Below, in pieces: positions 41,466 through 52,948 of a stretch of DNA of 64,000 bases (within the stretch, counting starts at the first letter, position 1; every line of letters starts with the position of its first letter). Position numbers and translations under genes: made by a program. The notes beneath the pieces were generated by a model that did not search any database, was not told the DNA's origin, and saw nothing but the letters and a program-made list of their open reading frames with translations. This DNA comes from an uncultured SAR116 cluster alpha proteobacterium (lineage in GTDB: Bacteria; Pseudomonadota; Alphaproteobacteria; Puniceispirillales; GCA-002684695): positions 26,506 to 90,505 of the forward strand of contig CACMFN010000007.1 in the NCBI GenBank assembly GCA_902612965.1, in the 5' to 3' direction.

Positions 41466-42419
41466 TTAGTAAGATTTTTTAAGGTCCAATTTAATTCTCT
41501 CATTTTTGAGCTTTTGGAAATCTTCACTAGCATGATATGAAGATCTCGTTAATGGAGAAGATGACACCATTAAGAACCCTTTACCATAAGCATACTTCTT
41601 ATAATATTCAAATGTATCTGGAGAAACAAATTCCTTAATTGGAAAGTGTTTAGGAGTTGGCTGAAGATATTGACCAATTGTTAAAAAATCAACATTGGCT
41701 GCCCTTAGATCATCCATTAATTGCAAAACTTCTTTTTTGGTTTCACCAAATCCAACCATAATACCTGATTTTGTAAAAACGTCAGGCATAATATTTTTTG
41801 CATCATCTAAAAGTTTTAATGATGTAAAATACCTGGCTCCAGGTCTAATATCATTGTAAAGACCAGGAACAGTTTCAAGATTATGATTAAAGACATCTGG
41901 TTTTGATTCCATAATAATATTCAATGAATGAGATTTATTTCTAAAATCAGGTGTCAAAATCTCTATAGTTGTATAAGGAGACTTTTTTCTAATCTCATAA
42001 ATAGTATTTGCAAATTGTGCTGCACCACCATCAATTAAGTCGTCCCTATCAACTGAAGTTATCACTACATGCTCAAGCTCCATATCTTTAACAGCTTCAG
42101 CAACTCTAACTGGTTCGAATACATCTATAGCATTTGGCACCCCTGTTGTAATATTACAAAATGCACAAGCTCTCGTGCAAATTTCACCTAATATCATCAT
42201 TGTAGCATGTTTTTTTGACCAGCATTCTCCAATGTTCGGACATGCTGCTTCTTCACACACAGTAACTAATTTCTTTGATTCCATCAAATTTTTAACTTTT
42301 TTCCAGTTATTAGATGATGGAGCCCTAACTTTAAGCCATTCTGGCTTTTTATGTGAAACTGATGAAATATTTTTTTGTTTTTCGGGGTGTCTTATAGTTT
42401 TAGTCATTATTATACTCAA
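41466..42419 (-). CDS. lipA: Lipoyl synthase
   Basis: [33 protein letters not shown] and RSSYHA motifs. Confidence 0.97.
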   Translation of the reverse strand: MSIIMTKTIRHPEKQKNISSVSHKKPEWLKVRAPSSNNWKKVKNLMESKKLVTVCEEAACPNIGECWSKKHATMMILGEICTRACAFCNITTGVPNAIDVFEPVRVAEAVKDMELEHVVITSVDRDDLIDGGAAQFANTIYEIRKKSPYTTIEILTPDFRNKSHSLNIIMESKPDVFNHNLETVPGLYNDIRPGARYFTSLKLLDDAKNIMPDVFTKSGIMVGFGETKKEVLQLMDDLRAANVDFLTIGQYLQPTPKHFPIKEFVSPDTFEYYKKYAYGKGFLMVSSSPLTRSSYHASEDFQKLKNERIKLDLKKSY

Positions 42420-43825
42420 ATATGTATAGCTTTATCATATGCTGATAGAACAGATTCGTGCAAAGATTCAGATAAGGTTGGGTGGGCAAAAACAGTTTTC
42501 ATTAATTCAATTTCAGTTGTTTCAAGACTTTTAGCAACACTTAAACTATTTATTAATTCGGTAACATCTGATCCAATCAAATGTGCTCCTATAAATTCTC
42601 CAGTTTCCTTGTTAAAAATTGTTTTTACTATACCTTCAGTATCTCCTGTAGTAATTGACTTACCATTTGCTAAAAAAGGAAATTTTCCAATTTTTAATTT
42701 TATATCTTTTTGTTTAGCTTGTTTTTCTGTAAGTCCAATTGATGCAATTTGCGGGTTAGAATAAGTACAACCTGGAATAACTTCTTTTTTTAATTCATGA
42801 TTTTCTTGGTACCCAGCAATAATTTCAGCAACAATAACTCCCTCATGAGAAGCTTTATGAGCTAGCCATGGAGGTGAAGTAACATCACCTATTGCATATA
42901 TATTTTTAATATTTGTTTCCATTTTATTATTTGTAACAATATGTCCATTTTCTGTTTTAATATTAAACTTTTCTATCCCTAAATTACTAATATTACCTTT
43001 CACACCAATTGCAACTAAAACGTTTTCTGAAACTATTTCGTGAATTTTATTATCTATTTTAAATTTTGAAATAGCATTATTTTTTGTTAGATCAATAGTT
43101 TGCAAGTGAGCATTATTAAAAAAATTTATACCTTTTTTTGTAAAAATAGATTTTGCTAACTCTGAAATTTCTTCATCTTCATTTGGCATAATATTTTTTT
43201 CTGCCTCAATAACTGTTACTTTAGAACCCATATCATTATAAAAACTTGCAAACTCAATTCCTATTGCCCCAGATCCAATAATTGTAAGAGATTTTGGTAA
43301 TTTTTTAGGTATCATTGCCTCTTTTGCTGTCCATATTCTATCACTTTCGTTTTCAATTCTTGGGAGTGATTTTGGAATAGCGCCAGTTGCAATAACTAAG
43401 TTTTTAGTCTCTAATTTTTCGTTGTTTCCATTATCTTTATTGATATTTATTTCTATAAATTCTGCAATACAAGAAATTGACGCAAATCCTTTAATTACTT
43501 CAACTTTATTTTTTTTAAGAAGAAATTTAACACCTGATGATAATTTTTTTGATGCATCTCTTGATCTTTTTACAATTTTTTCAATATCAAAAGTTATTTC
43601 ACCACTTATATCGAAACCAAATTCCTTAAATTTGTCTAAATTATTTTTAAATTCACTAACTTTAAGTAGAGATTTTGTAGGTATGCAACCCCAATTTAAA
43701 CAAATTCCACCTAATTCTTTATTTTCAATTAATGTGACTTTTAAACCTAATTGACTAGCTCTAATAGCAGAAACATATCCACCTGGCCCTCCACCGATAA
43801 TAATAACATCTTTCAAATTTGTCAT
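42416..43825 (-). CDS. lpdA: Dihydrolipoyl dehydrogenase (E3)
   Basis: [23 protein letters not shown] and HPTLSE motifs. Start placed at MTNLKDV (43825) because the track start overlaps pdhC. Confidence 0.96.
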   Translation of the reverse strand: MTNLKDVIIIGGGPGGYVSAIRASQLGLKVTLIENKELGGICLNWGCIPTKSLLKVSEFKNNLDKFKEFGFDISGEITFDIEKIVKRSRDASKKLSSGVKFLLKKNKVEVIKGFASISCIAEFIEININKDNGNNEKLETKNLVIATGAIPKSLPRIENESDRIWTAKEAMIPKKLPKSLTIIGSGAIGIEFASFYNDMGSKVTVIEAEKNIMPNEDEEISELAKSIFTKKGINFFNNAHLQTIDLTKNNAISKFKIDNKIHEIVSENVLVAIGVKGNISNLGIEKFNIKTENGHIVTNNKMETNIKNIYAIGDVTSPPWLAHKASHEGVIVAEIIAGYQENHELKKEVIPGCTYSNPQIASIGLTEKQAKQKDIKLKIGKFPFLANGKSITTGDTEGIVKTIFNKETGEFIGAHLIGSDVTELINSLSVAKSLETTEIELMKTVFAHPTLSESLHESVLSAYDKAIHI

Positions 43826-43833
43826 TTTGAAAC

Positions 43834-45099
43834 CTATAATAACATTAATGATGGGTTCTCTATGAAATCTTTGAATTTGTTTAACCATTGAGCCCCTAAT
43901 GCACCATCAACGGCACGGTGATCACAGGATAATGTTACAGTCATTAAATTTGATATTGTAATTTCGTTTTTACTTACAATTGCTCTTGGCTCTGCTTTTC
44001 CTACAGCTAGTATCATGCTTTGTGGAGGATTGATTATTGCATTAAAATTTTTAATACCATACATTCCTAGATTAGATACTGTGAAATTACCACCACTATA
44101 TTCTTCAGGAGATAATTCACCTTTTTTTGCTTTTGATGCTAATAATTTTACTTCGCTAGAAATTTCTTCAATTCCTTTGATAGATACATTTTTAACAATT
44201 GGGGTTATCAAACCATCCTCTACTGCAACTGCTACAGATATATCATAAGAATTATAATATCTTATAAAATCGTTGTTCCAACTGCAGTTAGCCTTAGGAA
44301 ATTTTTTTAATGCTAAAGCTGATGCTTTTATAATAAAATCATTAACTGAAACTTTTGTGTCACCTTTATTAACATTTTCCCTAATCTTATTAATCTCAGA
44401 AATATCGCAATCTACAGATAGGAAAAAGTGTGGTGCTTCACTTGCAGATTTTACTAATCTCTCTGCAATTGTTTTTCTCATTGGACTATGAATGACGTCT
44501 TTATATGAGGTGTCAGATGAGCTTTTATGATAACTATCAATGGAAGTAATATTTTTATTAGATATAATAAAATCTTCTATATCTTTTTTTACAATTCTTC
44601 CGTGTGGACCCGTACCTGAGAGACTAGAAAAATTAACATTGTTTTTTAGAGCAATTCTTTTGGCAAGTGGGGAGATTTTTATTCTTTCATCTTTTGTAAT
44701 ATTTTCTTTTAAATTCATATTTTTTTCATTAAAATTTATATCATGTATTGCTTTATCAGTTTTAGAATTAATTTCAGGGATTTTCTCTTTATCCATTTCA
44801 AATAAATTGTTATCATTATTTTTTTCAAATAATGAGTTAAGTTGATCTTCGGTATCACTATCTTCTTTAATTAATGCTAAAGTTGACCCAACAGCAACAT
44901 TATCAGTTCCCTCTTCAACAAATATTTCATACAAGACTCCATCATCAACGGCCTCAATTTCCATAGTGGCTTTGTCTGTTTCAATTTCAGCAATGACATC
45001 ACCTGAAACAACTTTTGAGCTTTTTTTAATTAGCCATTTCGACAACTTCCCAGCTTTCATAGTAGGAGAAAGAGCTGGCATTTTTATTTGAGCAACCAT
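43834..45099 (-). CDS. pdhC: Pyruvate dehydrogenase E2, dihydrolipoamide acetyltransferase
   Basis: Lipoyl domain ETDKA, E3-binding domain GTGPHGRI and DHRAVDG. Confidence 0.95.
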   Translation of the reverse strand: MVAQIKMPALSPTMKAGKLSKWLIKKSSKVVSGDVIAEIETDKATMEIEAVDDGVLYEIFVEEGTDNVAVGSTLALIKEDSDTEDQLNSLFEKNNDNNLFEMDKEKIPEINSKTDKAIHDINFNEKNMNLKENITKDERIKISPLAKRIALKNNVNFSSLSGTGPHGRIVKKDIEDFIISNKNITSIDSYHKSSSDTSYKDVIHSPMRKTIAERLVKSASEAPHFFLSVDCDISEINKIRENVNKGDTKVSVNDFIIKASALALKKFPKANCSWNNDFIRYYNSYDISVAVAVEDGLITPIVKNVSIKGIEEISSEVKLLASKAKKGELSPEEYSGGNFTVSNLGMYGIKNFNAIINPPQSMILAVGKAEPRAIVSKNEITISNLMTVTLSCDHRAVDGALGAQWLNKFKDFIENPSLMLL

Positions 45100-46394
45100 T
45101 AACCTTTTACAATCCTATTTAGTGCAGAAAGAACACCTTCCACAATATCTTTTCCCTGTGGTAATGCTAATTTCTCAAGGTTTTCAGCATAAGGAAGAGG
45201 AACATCCAAACCAGTTACTCTTTTTATTGGAGAGTCAAGCCAATCAAATGCCAGCTCTTGGACTTGTGAAATAATTTCGGAACTAATACCAGCAAATGGA
45301 AAACCCTCTTCACAAACAACTAAATTATTAGTCTTTTTAATACTTTTAATAATTAGATCAGTATCTAGAGGTTTTATTGTTCTCAAATCTATTACTTCGC
45401 AGGAAATATTCTCATTTGATAAAGTTTCAGCAGCTTCAAGTGCTTTACCAACCATTATTGAAAAAGCAACAATAGTAATGTCATTTCCTTCTCTTAAAAT
45501 ATTTGCTTTGCCAATAGGAACAAAATCATCAATTTCATTTACTTCAAACTTTTCACCGTAAAGTAACTCATTTTCCAGAAAGATTACTGGGTTTGGGTCT
45601 CTTATAGAAGATTTTAAAAGTCCTTTTGCATCAGAAGCAGACCACGGTGAAACAACTTTCAATCCAGGACAATGAGCATACCAACTAGCAAAACATTGTG
45701 AATGTTGAGCGGCAACTCTAGATGCTGCCCCATTAGGGCCTCTAAAAACAATAGGGCAACCCATTTGACCACCAGACATATATAATGTTTTTGCAGCAGA
45801 ATTTATTATTTGATCGATAGCCTGCATTGAAAAATTAAAGGTCATAAATTCAATTATCGGTTTCAAACCACCAAATGCTGCGCCTACACCTAAACCTGCA
45901 AAGCCTTGTTCAGTAATGGGTGTGTCGATCACTCTTTTTTCACCAAATTCTTCTAGTAGACCCTGGGTGACCTTATAAGCACCCTGATATTCTGCGACTT
46001 CTTCTCCCATAACAAAAATATTTTGATCTAAACGCATTTCTTCTGCCATGGCATCCCTTAAAGCCTCGCGAACAGTTATTGTATTTTTCGTTAAAATCAA
46101 ATTTTCGTCTTTGTTTGTACTAGGTAGAACACTAATTTTTTCGTCATCATTTTCATCATCATCACCGATTTTTGCAATTACAGTTCCAACCTCTATATTT
46201 TGCTCTCCTTCTTTAAATAAAATTTTATTAACTTTACCATCATCTATACTTTCTAATTCCATAGTTGCTTTATCAGTTTCAATTTCAGCGATAATATCTC
46301 CACTTTTTATATTATCTCCCTCTTTAACCAACCATTTAGCTAAAGTACCTGAAGTCATTGTAGGCGACAAAGCTGGCATTTTTATGTTTGTCAT
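45099..46394 (-). CDS. pdhB: Pyruvate dehydrogenase E1 beta with N-terminal lipoyl domain
   Basis: ETDKA lipoyl domain, then [18 protein letters not shown] and AAQHSQ. Confidence 0.96.
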   Translation of the reverse strand: MTNIKMPALSPTMTSGTLAKWLVKEGDNIKSGDIIAEIETDKATMELESIDDGKVNKILFKEGEQNIEVGTVIAKIGDDDENDDEKISVLPSTNKDENLILTKNTITVREALRDAMAEEMRLDQNIFVMGEEVAEYQGAYKVTQGLLEEFGEKRVIDTPITEQGFAGLGVGAAFGGLKPIIEFMTFNFSMQAIDQIINSAAKTLYMSGGQMGCPIVFRGPNGAASRVAAQHSQCFASWYAHCPGLKVVSPWSASDAKGLLKSSIRDPNPVIFLENELLYGEKFEVNEIDDFVPIGKANILREGNDITIVAFSIMVGKALEAAETLSNENISCEVIDLRTIKPLDTDLIIKSIKKTNNLVVCEEGFPFAGISSEIISQVQELAFDWLDSPIKRVTGLDVPLPYAENLEKLALPQGKDIVEGVLSALNRIVKG

Positions 46395-46405
46395 TAAATC
46401 CTCTT

Positions 46406-47452
46406 TTACAAATAAATATCTGTTAACAATTCATTGTCATCAGGTAATTTACTCTCTAAAGCAAAATCTGATGCATTCGTTACTAATGATTTAATTTCAC
46501 CGTCAATATTTTTAAGTTCTTGATCAGTTACTTTTTGCTCTTGTAAGACTTCTTTTAAATTTTCAATACAATCTTTTTGTTGACGGACAGCGTCTACCTC
46601 AGAGCGAGTTCTGTATTTAGCCGGGTCAGACATTGAATGCCCCCTGTAACGGTAAGTTTTCATTTCTAAAATGAAAGGTCCTTTGCCACTCCGAGTAAAA
46701 TCTATTGCTTCTTTACCAGCTTCTCTTACTGAAAAAATATTCATGCCGTCTACTTCCATACCAGGAATACCATAAGCCTTTCCCCTATCTGCTAATGAAC
46801 TGCCTGCTGAAGCTCTGTCTACAGAGGTTCCCATTCCATATTTATTATTTTCAATTATAAAAATGACAGGCAAGTTCCAAAGAGCAGACATGTTAAAACT
46901 TTCATAAACTTGACCTTGATTAACAGCTCCATCGCCTAAATAAGTCATACAAACAAAACCATCATTTTTATATTTATGTGAAAATGCTAATCCTACGCCA
47001 ATTGGAACTTGCGCCCCAACAATACCATGTCCACCATAAAAGTTTTTTTCTTTACTAAACATATGCATGGAACCACCTTTGCCCTTAGAGTAACCATCCT
47101 CTCTGCCAGTAAGTTCTGCCATAACTCCTTTAGGATCCATCCCACAGGCTAACATGTGCCCATGATCTCTGTAAGAAGTTATAACACTATCACCTTCTTT
47201 AGAAACTGATTGCATACCGACAACCACTGCTTCTTGACCAATGTATAAGTGACAAAAACCTCCAATAGAACCCATTCCATATAACTGACCTGCTTTTTCT
47301 TCAAATCTACGAATTAAAAGCATTTCCTTATAAAGCTTAATTAAAAACTCATTATTTAACACGTTAATATCAGATGTTTTTTTTATTTTCTTAGTTGGTT
47401 TTTTTCTTCTAAGGGCAGGCTTTGATAAAATAATTTTTTTTGACTTTGACAT
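46406..47452 (-). CDS. pdhA: Pyruvate dehydrogenase E1 alpha
   Basis: [15 protein letters not shown]...NN TPP motif and [11 protein letters not shown]. Confidence 0.97.
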   Translation of the reverse strand: MSKSKKIILSKPALRRKKPTKKIKKTSDINVLNNEFLIKLYKEMLLIRRFEEKAGQLYGMGSIGGFCHLYIGQEAVVVGMQSVSKEGDSVITSYRDHGHMLACGMDPKGVMAELTGREDGYSKGKGGSMHMFSKEKNFYGGHGIVGAQVPIGVGLAFSHKYKNDGFVCMTYLGDGAVNQGQVYESFNMSALWNLPVIFIIENNKYGMGTSVDRASAGSSLADRGKAYGIPGMEVDGMNIFSVREAGKEAIDFTRSGKGPFILEMKTYRYRGHSMSDPAKYRTRSEVDAVRQQKDCIENLKEVLQEQKVTDQELKNIDGEIKSLVTNASDFALESKLPDDNELLTDIYL

Positions 47453-47567
47453 TTTAGTACGGTTAGTTGGTTTATGATTAATATAAACAATTTATAAAAA
47501 TATTCAATACTATCTAAGTTATTGAAAATATTAATATAAATAATTTTTAACTAGATTTTGTTAAAAA

Positions 47568-47879
47568 TTATTCAATTGCAATAAATAAATCTTTCTGATA
47601 AGCAAAACCTAAATATTGATAAGCTAATTCTTCTAATATATCCGGATCAACGTTAGGTCCTTTAATTAAATCAACTTTATTTTGTAAAACAGAAATATCA
47701 TGCTCAAGTTTTTTTAGCTCTGTTTTAGCTTCTTTGATGTCATTGTTTAAAATATTTAAAACTGGGATACCACCATTGTTCCTAGAGGCGTTTACAATTA
47801 ACAACCCGGATATTATTAATGGTATTGAAAAATAAAAAAAATTAAACTTGTTACTTTTGAGTTTATATAAAATCGACAT
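47568..47879 (-). CDS. ftsB: Septum formation initiator FtsB/DivIC family
   Basis: One TM segment, coiled coil, DPDILEELA..LG motif; immediately downstream of eno as is typical. ATG at 47879 preferred over the track TTG at 47885. Confidence 0.75.
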   Translation of the reverse strand: MSILYKLKSNKFNFFYFSIPLIISGLLIVNASRNNGGIPVLNILNNDIKEAKTELKKLEHDISVLQNKVDLIKGPNVDPDILEELAYQYLGFAYQKDLFIAIE

Positions 47880-47920
47880 AATCAAATTGAATCAGATTAA
47901 AATGAATCGGTCAACAATAT

Positions 47921-49195
47921 TTATTTTAAAATATTTGATCCATTAAATATTGCTTTGCTACCAAGATGCTGTTCAATTCTAAGAAGTTGATTATATTTGC
48001 AAAGTCTTTCAGACCTAGATAACGATCCCGTTTTAATCTGACCTGAACACAATGCTACAGAAAGATCTGCAATAAATGTGTCCTCTGTTTCGCCTGATCT
48101 ATGTGAAATGATTGTTCCGTAATTATTATTTTTAGCTAAATTAATTGTATCAATTGTTTCTGTAAGAGTTCCAATTTGATTAAGTTTAATTAATATTGAG
48201 TTTGCAGCTCCATTATCTATACCTTTTTGAAGTCTTTGAGAATTTGTTGCAAAAAAATCATCCCCAACAATTTGTATTCTTTTTCCTAATAAATCTGTTA
48301 ATTGACTATAGCCTTCATAATCATTCTCATCTAAAGGGTCTTCAATAGAAATAATTGGGTAATCATTTACTAGCTTTTCCCAGTAATTTATCATTTCTGA
48401 AGTGTCTAATTTTTTATCGCCACTATCAATTATATAATTTCCATTCTTGAAAAACTCTGAAGAAGCAGCATCAATTGCAATTTTAACTTCATCTTCAAGG
48501 TTTCTGCCTGCATTTTTAATTGCCTTGGATACAAGAGAAAGGGCATCATATACATCTTTAATCTCAGGAGAAAAACCACCTTCATCACCTACAGAGGTTG
48601 AATAACCATTATCAGAAAGAATTTTTTTTAATTCTTGGAAAATTTCAGACCCCCACCTTAATGCTTCAGAAAATGTTTCAGCGCCGACCGGCATAATCAT
48701 AATCTCCTGAAAATCAAGTGCGTTATTTGCGTGAGCGCCACCATTAATTATATTCATTAATGGAGTTGGTAAAATGTACTCATTTCTTTTATTTAAGTAG
48801 TAAAATAAATTTGAATTTTTGTATAATGAACCTGCCCTCGCAACTGCTAAACTTACTCCTAAAATAGCATTAGCTCCTAAGCGACTTTTATTATTAGATC
48901 CGTCAAGATCAATTAGTATTCTGTCAATTTTTCTTTGATCAAAAGGTGTTAACCCTAGTAAATTTGTATTAATTTCATTATTTATATTATCAATTACATT
49001 AAGAACGCCCTTGCCACCAAACCGAGATAAATCATTATCCCTTAATTCAATTGCTTCATGCTGACCTGTGGATGCACCGGAAGGAACTGCAGCACGACCT
49101 ATTTGCCCACTAGTAAGATGAACATCCACTTCAATTGTTGGGTTGCCCCTTGAGTCTAAAATTTCTCTTCCAATTAATTTTTTTATTTTGGACAT
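47921..49195 (-). CDS. eno: Enolase
   Basis: DSRGNPT, VPSGASTG, GDEGGF, SHRSGET and QIKTGS motifs. Confidence 0.97.
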   Translation of the reverse strand: MSKIKKLIGREILDSRGNPTIEVDVHLTSGQIGRAAVPSGASTGQHEAIELRDNDLSRFGGKGVLNVIDNINNEINTNLLGLTPFDQRKIDRILIDLDGSNNKSRLGANAILGVSLAVARAGSLYKNSNLFYYLNKRNEYILPTPLMNIINGGAHANNALDFQEIMIMPVGAETFSEALRWGSEIFQELKKILSDNGYSTSVGDEGGFSPEIKDVYDALSLVSKAIKNAGRNLEDEVKIAIDAASSEFFKNGNYIIDSGDKKLDTSEMINYWEKLVNDYPIISIEDPLDENDYEGYSQLTDLLGKRIQIVGDDFFATNSQRLQKGIDNGAANSILIKLNQIGTLTETIDTINLAKNNNYGTIISHRSGETEDTFIADLSVALCSGQIKTGSLSRSERLCKYNQLLRIEQHLGSKAIFNGSNILK

Positions 49196-49202
49196 ATAAA
49201 AC

Positions 49203-50018
49203 CTAGATATGTTGTTTTGAAATTTTATCTAAATCCTTCAAGATTTTAAGAAGATTTCCTAACTCTTTTAATGGTAGCATATTTGGACCATCAGATGGAG
49301 CATTATCAGGGTCTTTATGAGTTTCAATGAACAAACCAGCAACCCCTACAGCTATAGCAGCTCTTGATAAAACAGAGACAAATTCTCTCTGGCCACCTGA
49401 GGATATACCTTTGCCACCAGGCTGTTGAACACTATGAGTTGCATCAAATATTACTGGGCAATTTGTTTTTTTTAACTCAGGCAAAGCCCTCATATCTGAA
49501 ACTAAAGTATTATAACCAAAGGAAACACCTCTCTCAGTAACTAGCACTTTATTATTTCCAGAGTTTTTTATTTTACTTACAACTTGGTGAATATCCCAAG
49601 GCGCTAGAAATTGTCCCTTTTTAATATTTACTACACAATCTGTTTTAGCAGCAGCTATAAGTAAATCTGTTTGCCTACAAAGAAATGCTGGAATTTGTAA
49701 TATGTCTACAACTTTAGATGCCATATTGCATTGGCTTTCGTTATGGATATCTGTAATGGTAGTTAAATTGAATTCTTGTTTAACTTTTAATAAAATTTCA
49801 AGACCTTCGTCTATTCCAATACCTCTATGCGAGGATAATGAAGTTCTGTTTGCCTTATCGAAAGATGATTTAAAAATTAATTGTATATTAAGTCTATCAC
49901 AAGTATTCTTAATATTCTCAGCATGATAAAGTGTATCATTGAGATTTTCTATTGCACACGGTCCGGCAATTAAAATAAATGGCTGATCATTGCCTACAGT
50001 TATATTATTAATTCTCAT
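49203..50018 (-). CDS. kdsA: KDO-8-phosphate synthase
   Basis: AGPC, KSSFDKANRTS, QIPAFLCRQT, KKGQF, DATH and SDGP motifs. Confidence 0.96.
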   Translation of the reverse strand: MRINNITVGNDQPFILIAGPCAIENLNDTLYHAENIKNTCDRLNIQLIFKSSFDKANRTSLSSHRGIGIDEGLEILLKVKQEFNLTTITDIHNESQCNMASKVVDILQIPAFLCRQTDLLIAAAKTDCVVNIKKGQFLAPWDIHQVVSKIKNSGNNKVLVTERGVSFGYNTLVSDMRALPELKKTNCPVIFDATHSVQQPGGKGISSGGQREFVSVLSRAAIAVGVAGLFIETHKDPDNAPSDGPNMLPLKELGNLLKILKDLDKISKQHI

Positions 50019-50029
50019 AAAATCAAAAC

Positions 50030-51658
50030 CTAAACCAACCTAGAAAATTTAGAAGCAGCACATACAAAGTCTTTAAAAAGAGGATGAGGCTCAAATGGCT
50101 TAGACTTTAATTCAGGATGAAATTGGACACCTATAAACCATGGATGATTTTCATGCTCTACTATTTCTGGTAACAAACCATCTGGAGACATTCCAGAAAA
50201 TTTTAAACCAGCTCGCTCTAACTCAGGTTTGAATTTAATATTTACTTCATATCGATGCCTGTGCCTTTCAAAAATAATATCCTTTTGATAGACATCTTTA
50301 GCTAAGGACCCATCTGAAATGTGACATTCATAGGCGCCTAAACGCATCGATCCACCCAAATCATCTTCGGATGATCTTATTTCGACAGTATTTCCTTTTG
50401 TCCATTCCAATAGGAGTCCAACAATTGAAGACTTAAAACTTCCAAATTCTGAAGAACCTGGATCAGGTATACTGGTTAAATTTCGAGCAGCCTCAATAAC
50501 AGCCATTTGCATACCGAAGCATATTCCAAGAAAAGGTATATTATTTTCTCTCGCATATTTTATTGACAATATTTTCCCTTTTGAGCCTCTTTCACCAAAT
50601 CCACCAGGAACTAATATACCATGTATATTTTCAAAAATTGTATTAAATTTATTTTCATCCTCAAGTTCTGATGAATCAATCCAGTGAACTTTAACTTTTG
50701 TTTTATTTGCTATACCTCCATGAGTAAGAGCTTCATCAAGTGACTTATAGCTATCAATTAAAGATGTATATTTACCTACAACTGCAATATTGATTTCACC
50801 CTCTGGGTTTTTAATAGCTGATTTAATATCTAACCATATTTTCAAGTTTGGTTCTTTGGGCTTAATCCCAAAATGATCACAAATAACTTCATCTAATCCA
50901 TTCTTATGATACACTAATGGAACATCATAAATGCTATCTGCATCAATGGCCTCAATCACAGATTTTTTTGGTATATTACAAAAAAGAGCTATTTTATCTT
51001 TTTGGTCATCAGGAATATGCTCTTCAGTTCTGCATAAAACAACATCTGGTCTTATACCTACTGATTGAAGCTCTTTAACAGAGTGTTGGGTAGGTTTAGT
51101 TTTCAATTCACCAGCAGCAGCAATAAAAGGCACTAAAGTTAAATGAAGAAAACAAGTTTTATCCCTCCCAAGTTCATTGCCAAGCTGTCTTATTGCCTCA
51201 AGGAATGGAAGAGATTCAATGTCACCTACAGTTCCACCAATTTCACATAATATAAAATCTTCATTCTTTAGATCTGATATTATAAAATCTTTAATAGCAT
51301 TTGTAACATGAGGGATAACCTGAATAGTAGCCCCTAAGTACTCACCCTTTCTTTCTTTAGCGATAACTTGGGAATAAATTTGACCTGTTGTAACATTATC
51401 AGATTTTTTTGCGGACACCCCAGTAAATCTTTCGTAGTGCCCTAAGTCTAAGTCAGTTTCAGCACCATCGTCTGTAACAAATACTTCACCATGCTGTGTT
51501 GGACTCATTGTCCCTGGATCGACATTCAAATATGGGTCTAACTTTCTTAGTCTAACTTTAAAACCTCTTGACTGAAGAATTGCTCCTAAAGCTGCTGATG
51601 CAAGTCCTTTACCTAAGGAAGATACCACGCCGCCAGTAATAAAAATAAAATTTGGCAT
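50030..51658 (-). CDS. pyrG: CTP synthase
   Basis: [33 protein letters not shown] and QFHPE motifs. Confidence 0.98.
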   Translation of the reverse strand: MPNFIFITGGVVSSLGKGLASAALGAILQSRGFKVRLRKLDPYLNVDPGTMSPTQHGEVFVTDDGAETDLDLGHYERFTGVSAKKSDNVTTGQIYSQVIAKERKGEYLGATIQVIPHVTNAIKDFIISDLKNEDFILCEIGGTVGDIESLPFLEAIRQLGNELGRDKTCFLHLTLVPFIAAAGELKTKPTQHSVKELQSVGIRPDVVLCRTEEHIPDDQKDKIALFCNIPKKSVIEAIDADSIYDVPLVYHKNGLDEVICDHFGIKPKEPNLKIWLDIKSAIKNPEGEINIAVVGKYTSLIDSYKSLDEALTHGGIANKTKVKVHWIDSSELEDENKFNTIFENIHGILVPGGFGERGSKGKILSIKYARENNIPFLGICFGMQMAVIEAARNLTSIPDPGSSEFGSFKSSIVGLLLEWTKGNTVEIRSSEDDLGGSMRLGAYECHISDGSLAKDVYQKDIIFERHRHRYEVNIKFKPELERAGLKFSGMSPDGLLPEIVEHENHPWFIGVQFHPELKSKPFEPHPLFKDFVCAASKFSRLV

Positions 51659-51713
51659 GGTTTATTTTTATACAACTCAAATAAAATTTTGGCTAGTTTA
51701 AAAAATAAAATAA

Positions 51714-52025
51714 TTAATCTGTTGGGACAGCAGGACCTGTATCTTTGTTTTTATTATTTTCAATAACTTCTTGTGAAACTTCGTCAACTATTGAATTGGT
51801 TTTTTTTCCATATCCTGCAATCATTGCTAAGAGGATTGACGTACAAAAAAAAGCTATTGCTAAAAGAGTTGTGGCCCTTGTTAAAAAATCTGCGGTTCCT
51901 CTTGCAGACATAAAATTATTTCCACCACCAATACCAAGCCCACCACCCTCGCTTCTTTGCATTAGAACCAAGCCAACGATCGCAATAGATATTATTATAT
52001 GAATAATTAAAATTACAGTGGTCAT
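51714..52025 (-). CDS. secG: Preprotein translocase subunit SecG
   Basis: VLMQRSEGGGLG and LTRAT motifs; two TM segments; lies between tpiA and pyrG. Confidence 0.93.
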   Translation of the reverse strand: MTTVILIIHIIISIAIVGLVLMQRSEGGGLGIGGGNNFMSARGTADFLTRATTLLAIAFFCTSILLAMIAGYGKKTNSIVDEVSQEVIENNKNKDTGPAVPTD

Positions 52026-52082
52026 AAAAAAACTCTTGAATGCTTATATATTTGTTTTCTTCAAAATTTACAAGTTGAAAAT

Positions 52083-52844
52083 TTACATAAAAAGTTTCAT
52101 TGAATTATTAATAATTTTTAAGAACTCATCTGAATTTAAACTTGCTCCCCCTACTAAAACTCCATCAACATTATTAATTTTAAAAATTTCTGAAGAGTTT
52201 TTGGAATTAACTGATCCACCATATAAAATTGGTAGATCGTAATTAAATTGATAATTTGAACTAATAATTTCTTTTATAAATTTATGTACTTCTTCTATAT
52301 CTTTTTTAGAAGCGGTATTTCCTGTGCCGATAGCCCATACTGGTTCATATGCTATTATTATATTATTACTTAAAAGATTATTATCAGTTGAAAGATCAGA
52401 CAGGCTCTGTTTAAGCTGGTCTTCTAACACAAATAGATAATCTCCTTTTTCTCTATCTTTGGAATTTTCGCCTATACAAATAATAACTTTTAGGCCAGCG
52501 GAAACTGCCTTTACAGCTTTTTGTGAAACAATACTCGATGTTTCATGGCAAAGAGATCTTCTTTCAGAATGGCCGATAATAACATATTTACATCCAGCAT
52601 CCTTAATCATTTCAGCGGAAACTTGTCCAGTGAATGCACCATTATCATACATTGAACAATCTTGGGCACCGATTGAAATTTTTGAATTTTTATATAAATT
52701 ATAGATTTCAGGTATAATTAAAAAAGATGGGAAAATAATTATTTTTTCTTCAACAAAAACTTCATTATGTTTTAATAATCCATTTGATAGCTCAATTGCT
52801 TCATTTATATTTAAATTCATTTTCCAATTTCCAGCTACAATCAT
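52083..52844 (-). CDS. tpiA: Triosephosphate isomerase
   Basis: AGNWKMN, GHSERR, AYEPVWAIGTG, YGGSV and LVGGASL motifs. Confidence 0.97.
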   Translation of the reverse strand: MIVAGNWKMNLNINEAIELSNGLLKHNEVFVEEKIIIFPSFLIIPEIYNLYKNSKISIGAQDCSMYDNGAFTGQVSAEMIKDAGCKYVIIGHSERRSLCHETSSIVSQKAVKAVSAGLKVIICIGENSKDREKGDYLFVLEDQLKQSLSDLSTDNNLLSNNIIIAYEPVWAIGTGNTASKKDIEEVHKFIKEIISSNYQFNYDLPILYGGSVNSKNSSEIFKINNVDGVLVGGASLNSDEFLKIINNSMKLFM

Positions 52845-52948
52845 AATATATATCCATTTTTGTCAATTTATCTATTTTAATAATTTTTGTTTTGAAGTAC
52901 AACCTTCAGAGTATTAAAGATGAACAAATTCACTAAATAGGTCAATAA

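Noticed and set aside
45099..46394. Extra lipoyl domain on PdhB and similar 5' ends of pdhB and pdhC
   Set aside because: Lipoylated E1-beta is a known alphaproteobacterial feature; the similarity reflects homologous lipoyl domains, not a mobile repeat.
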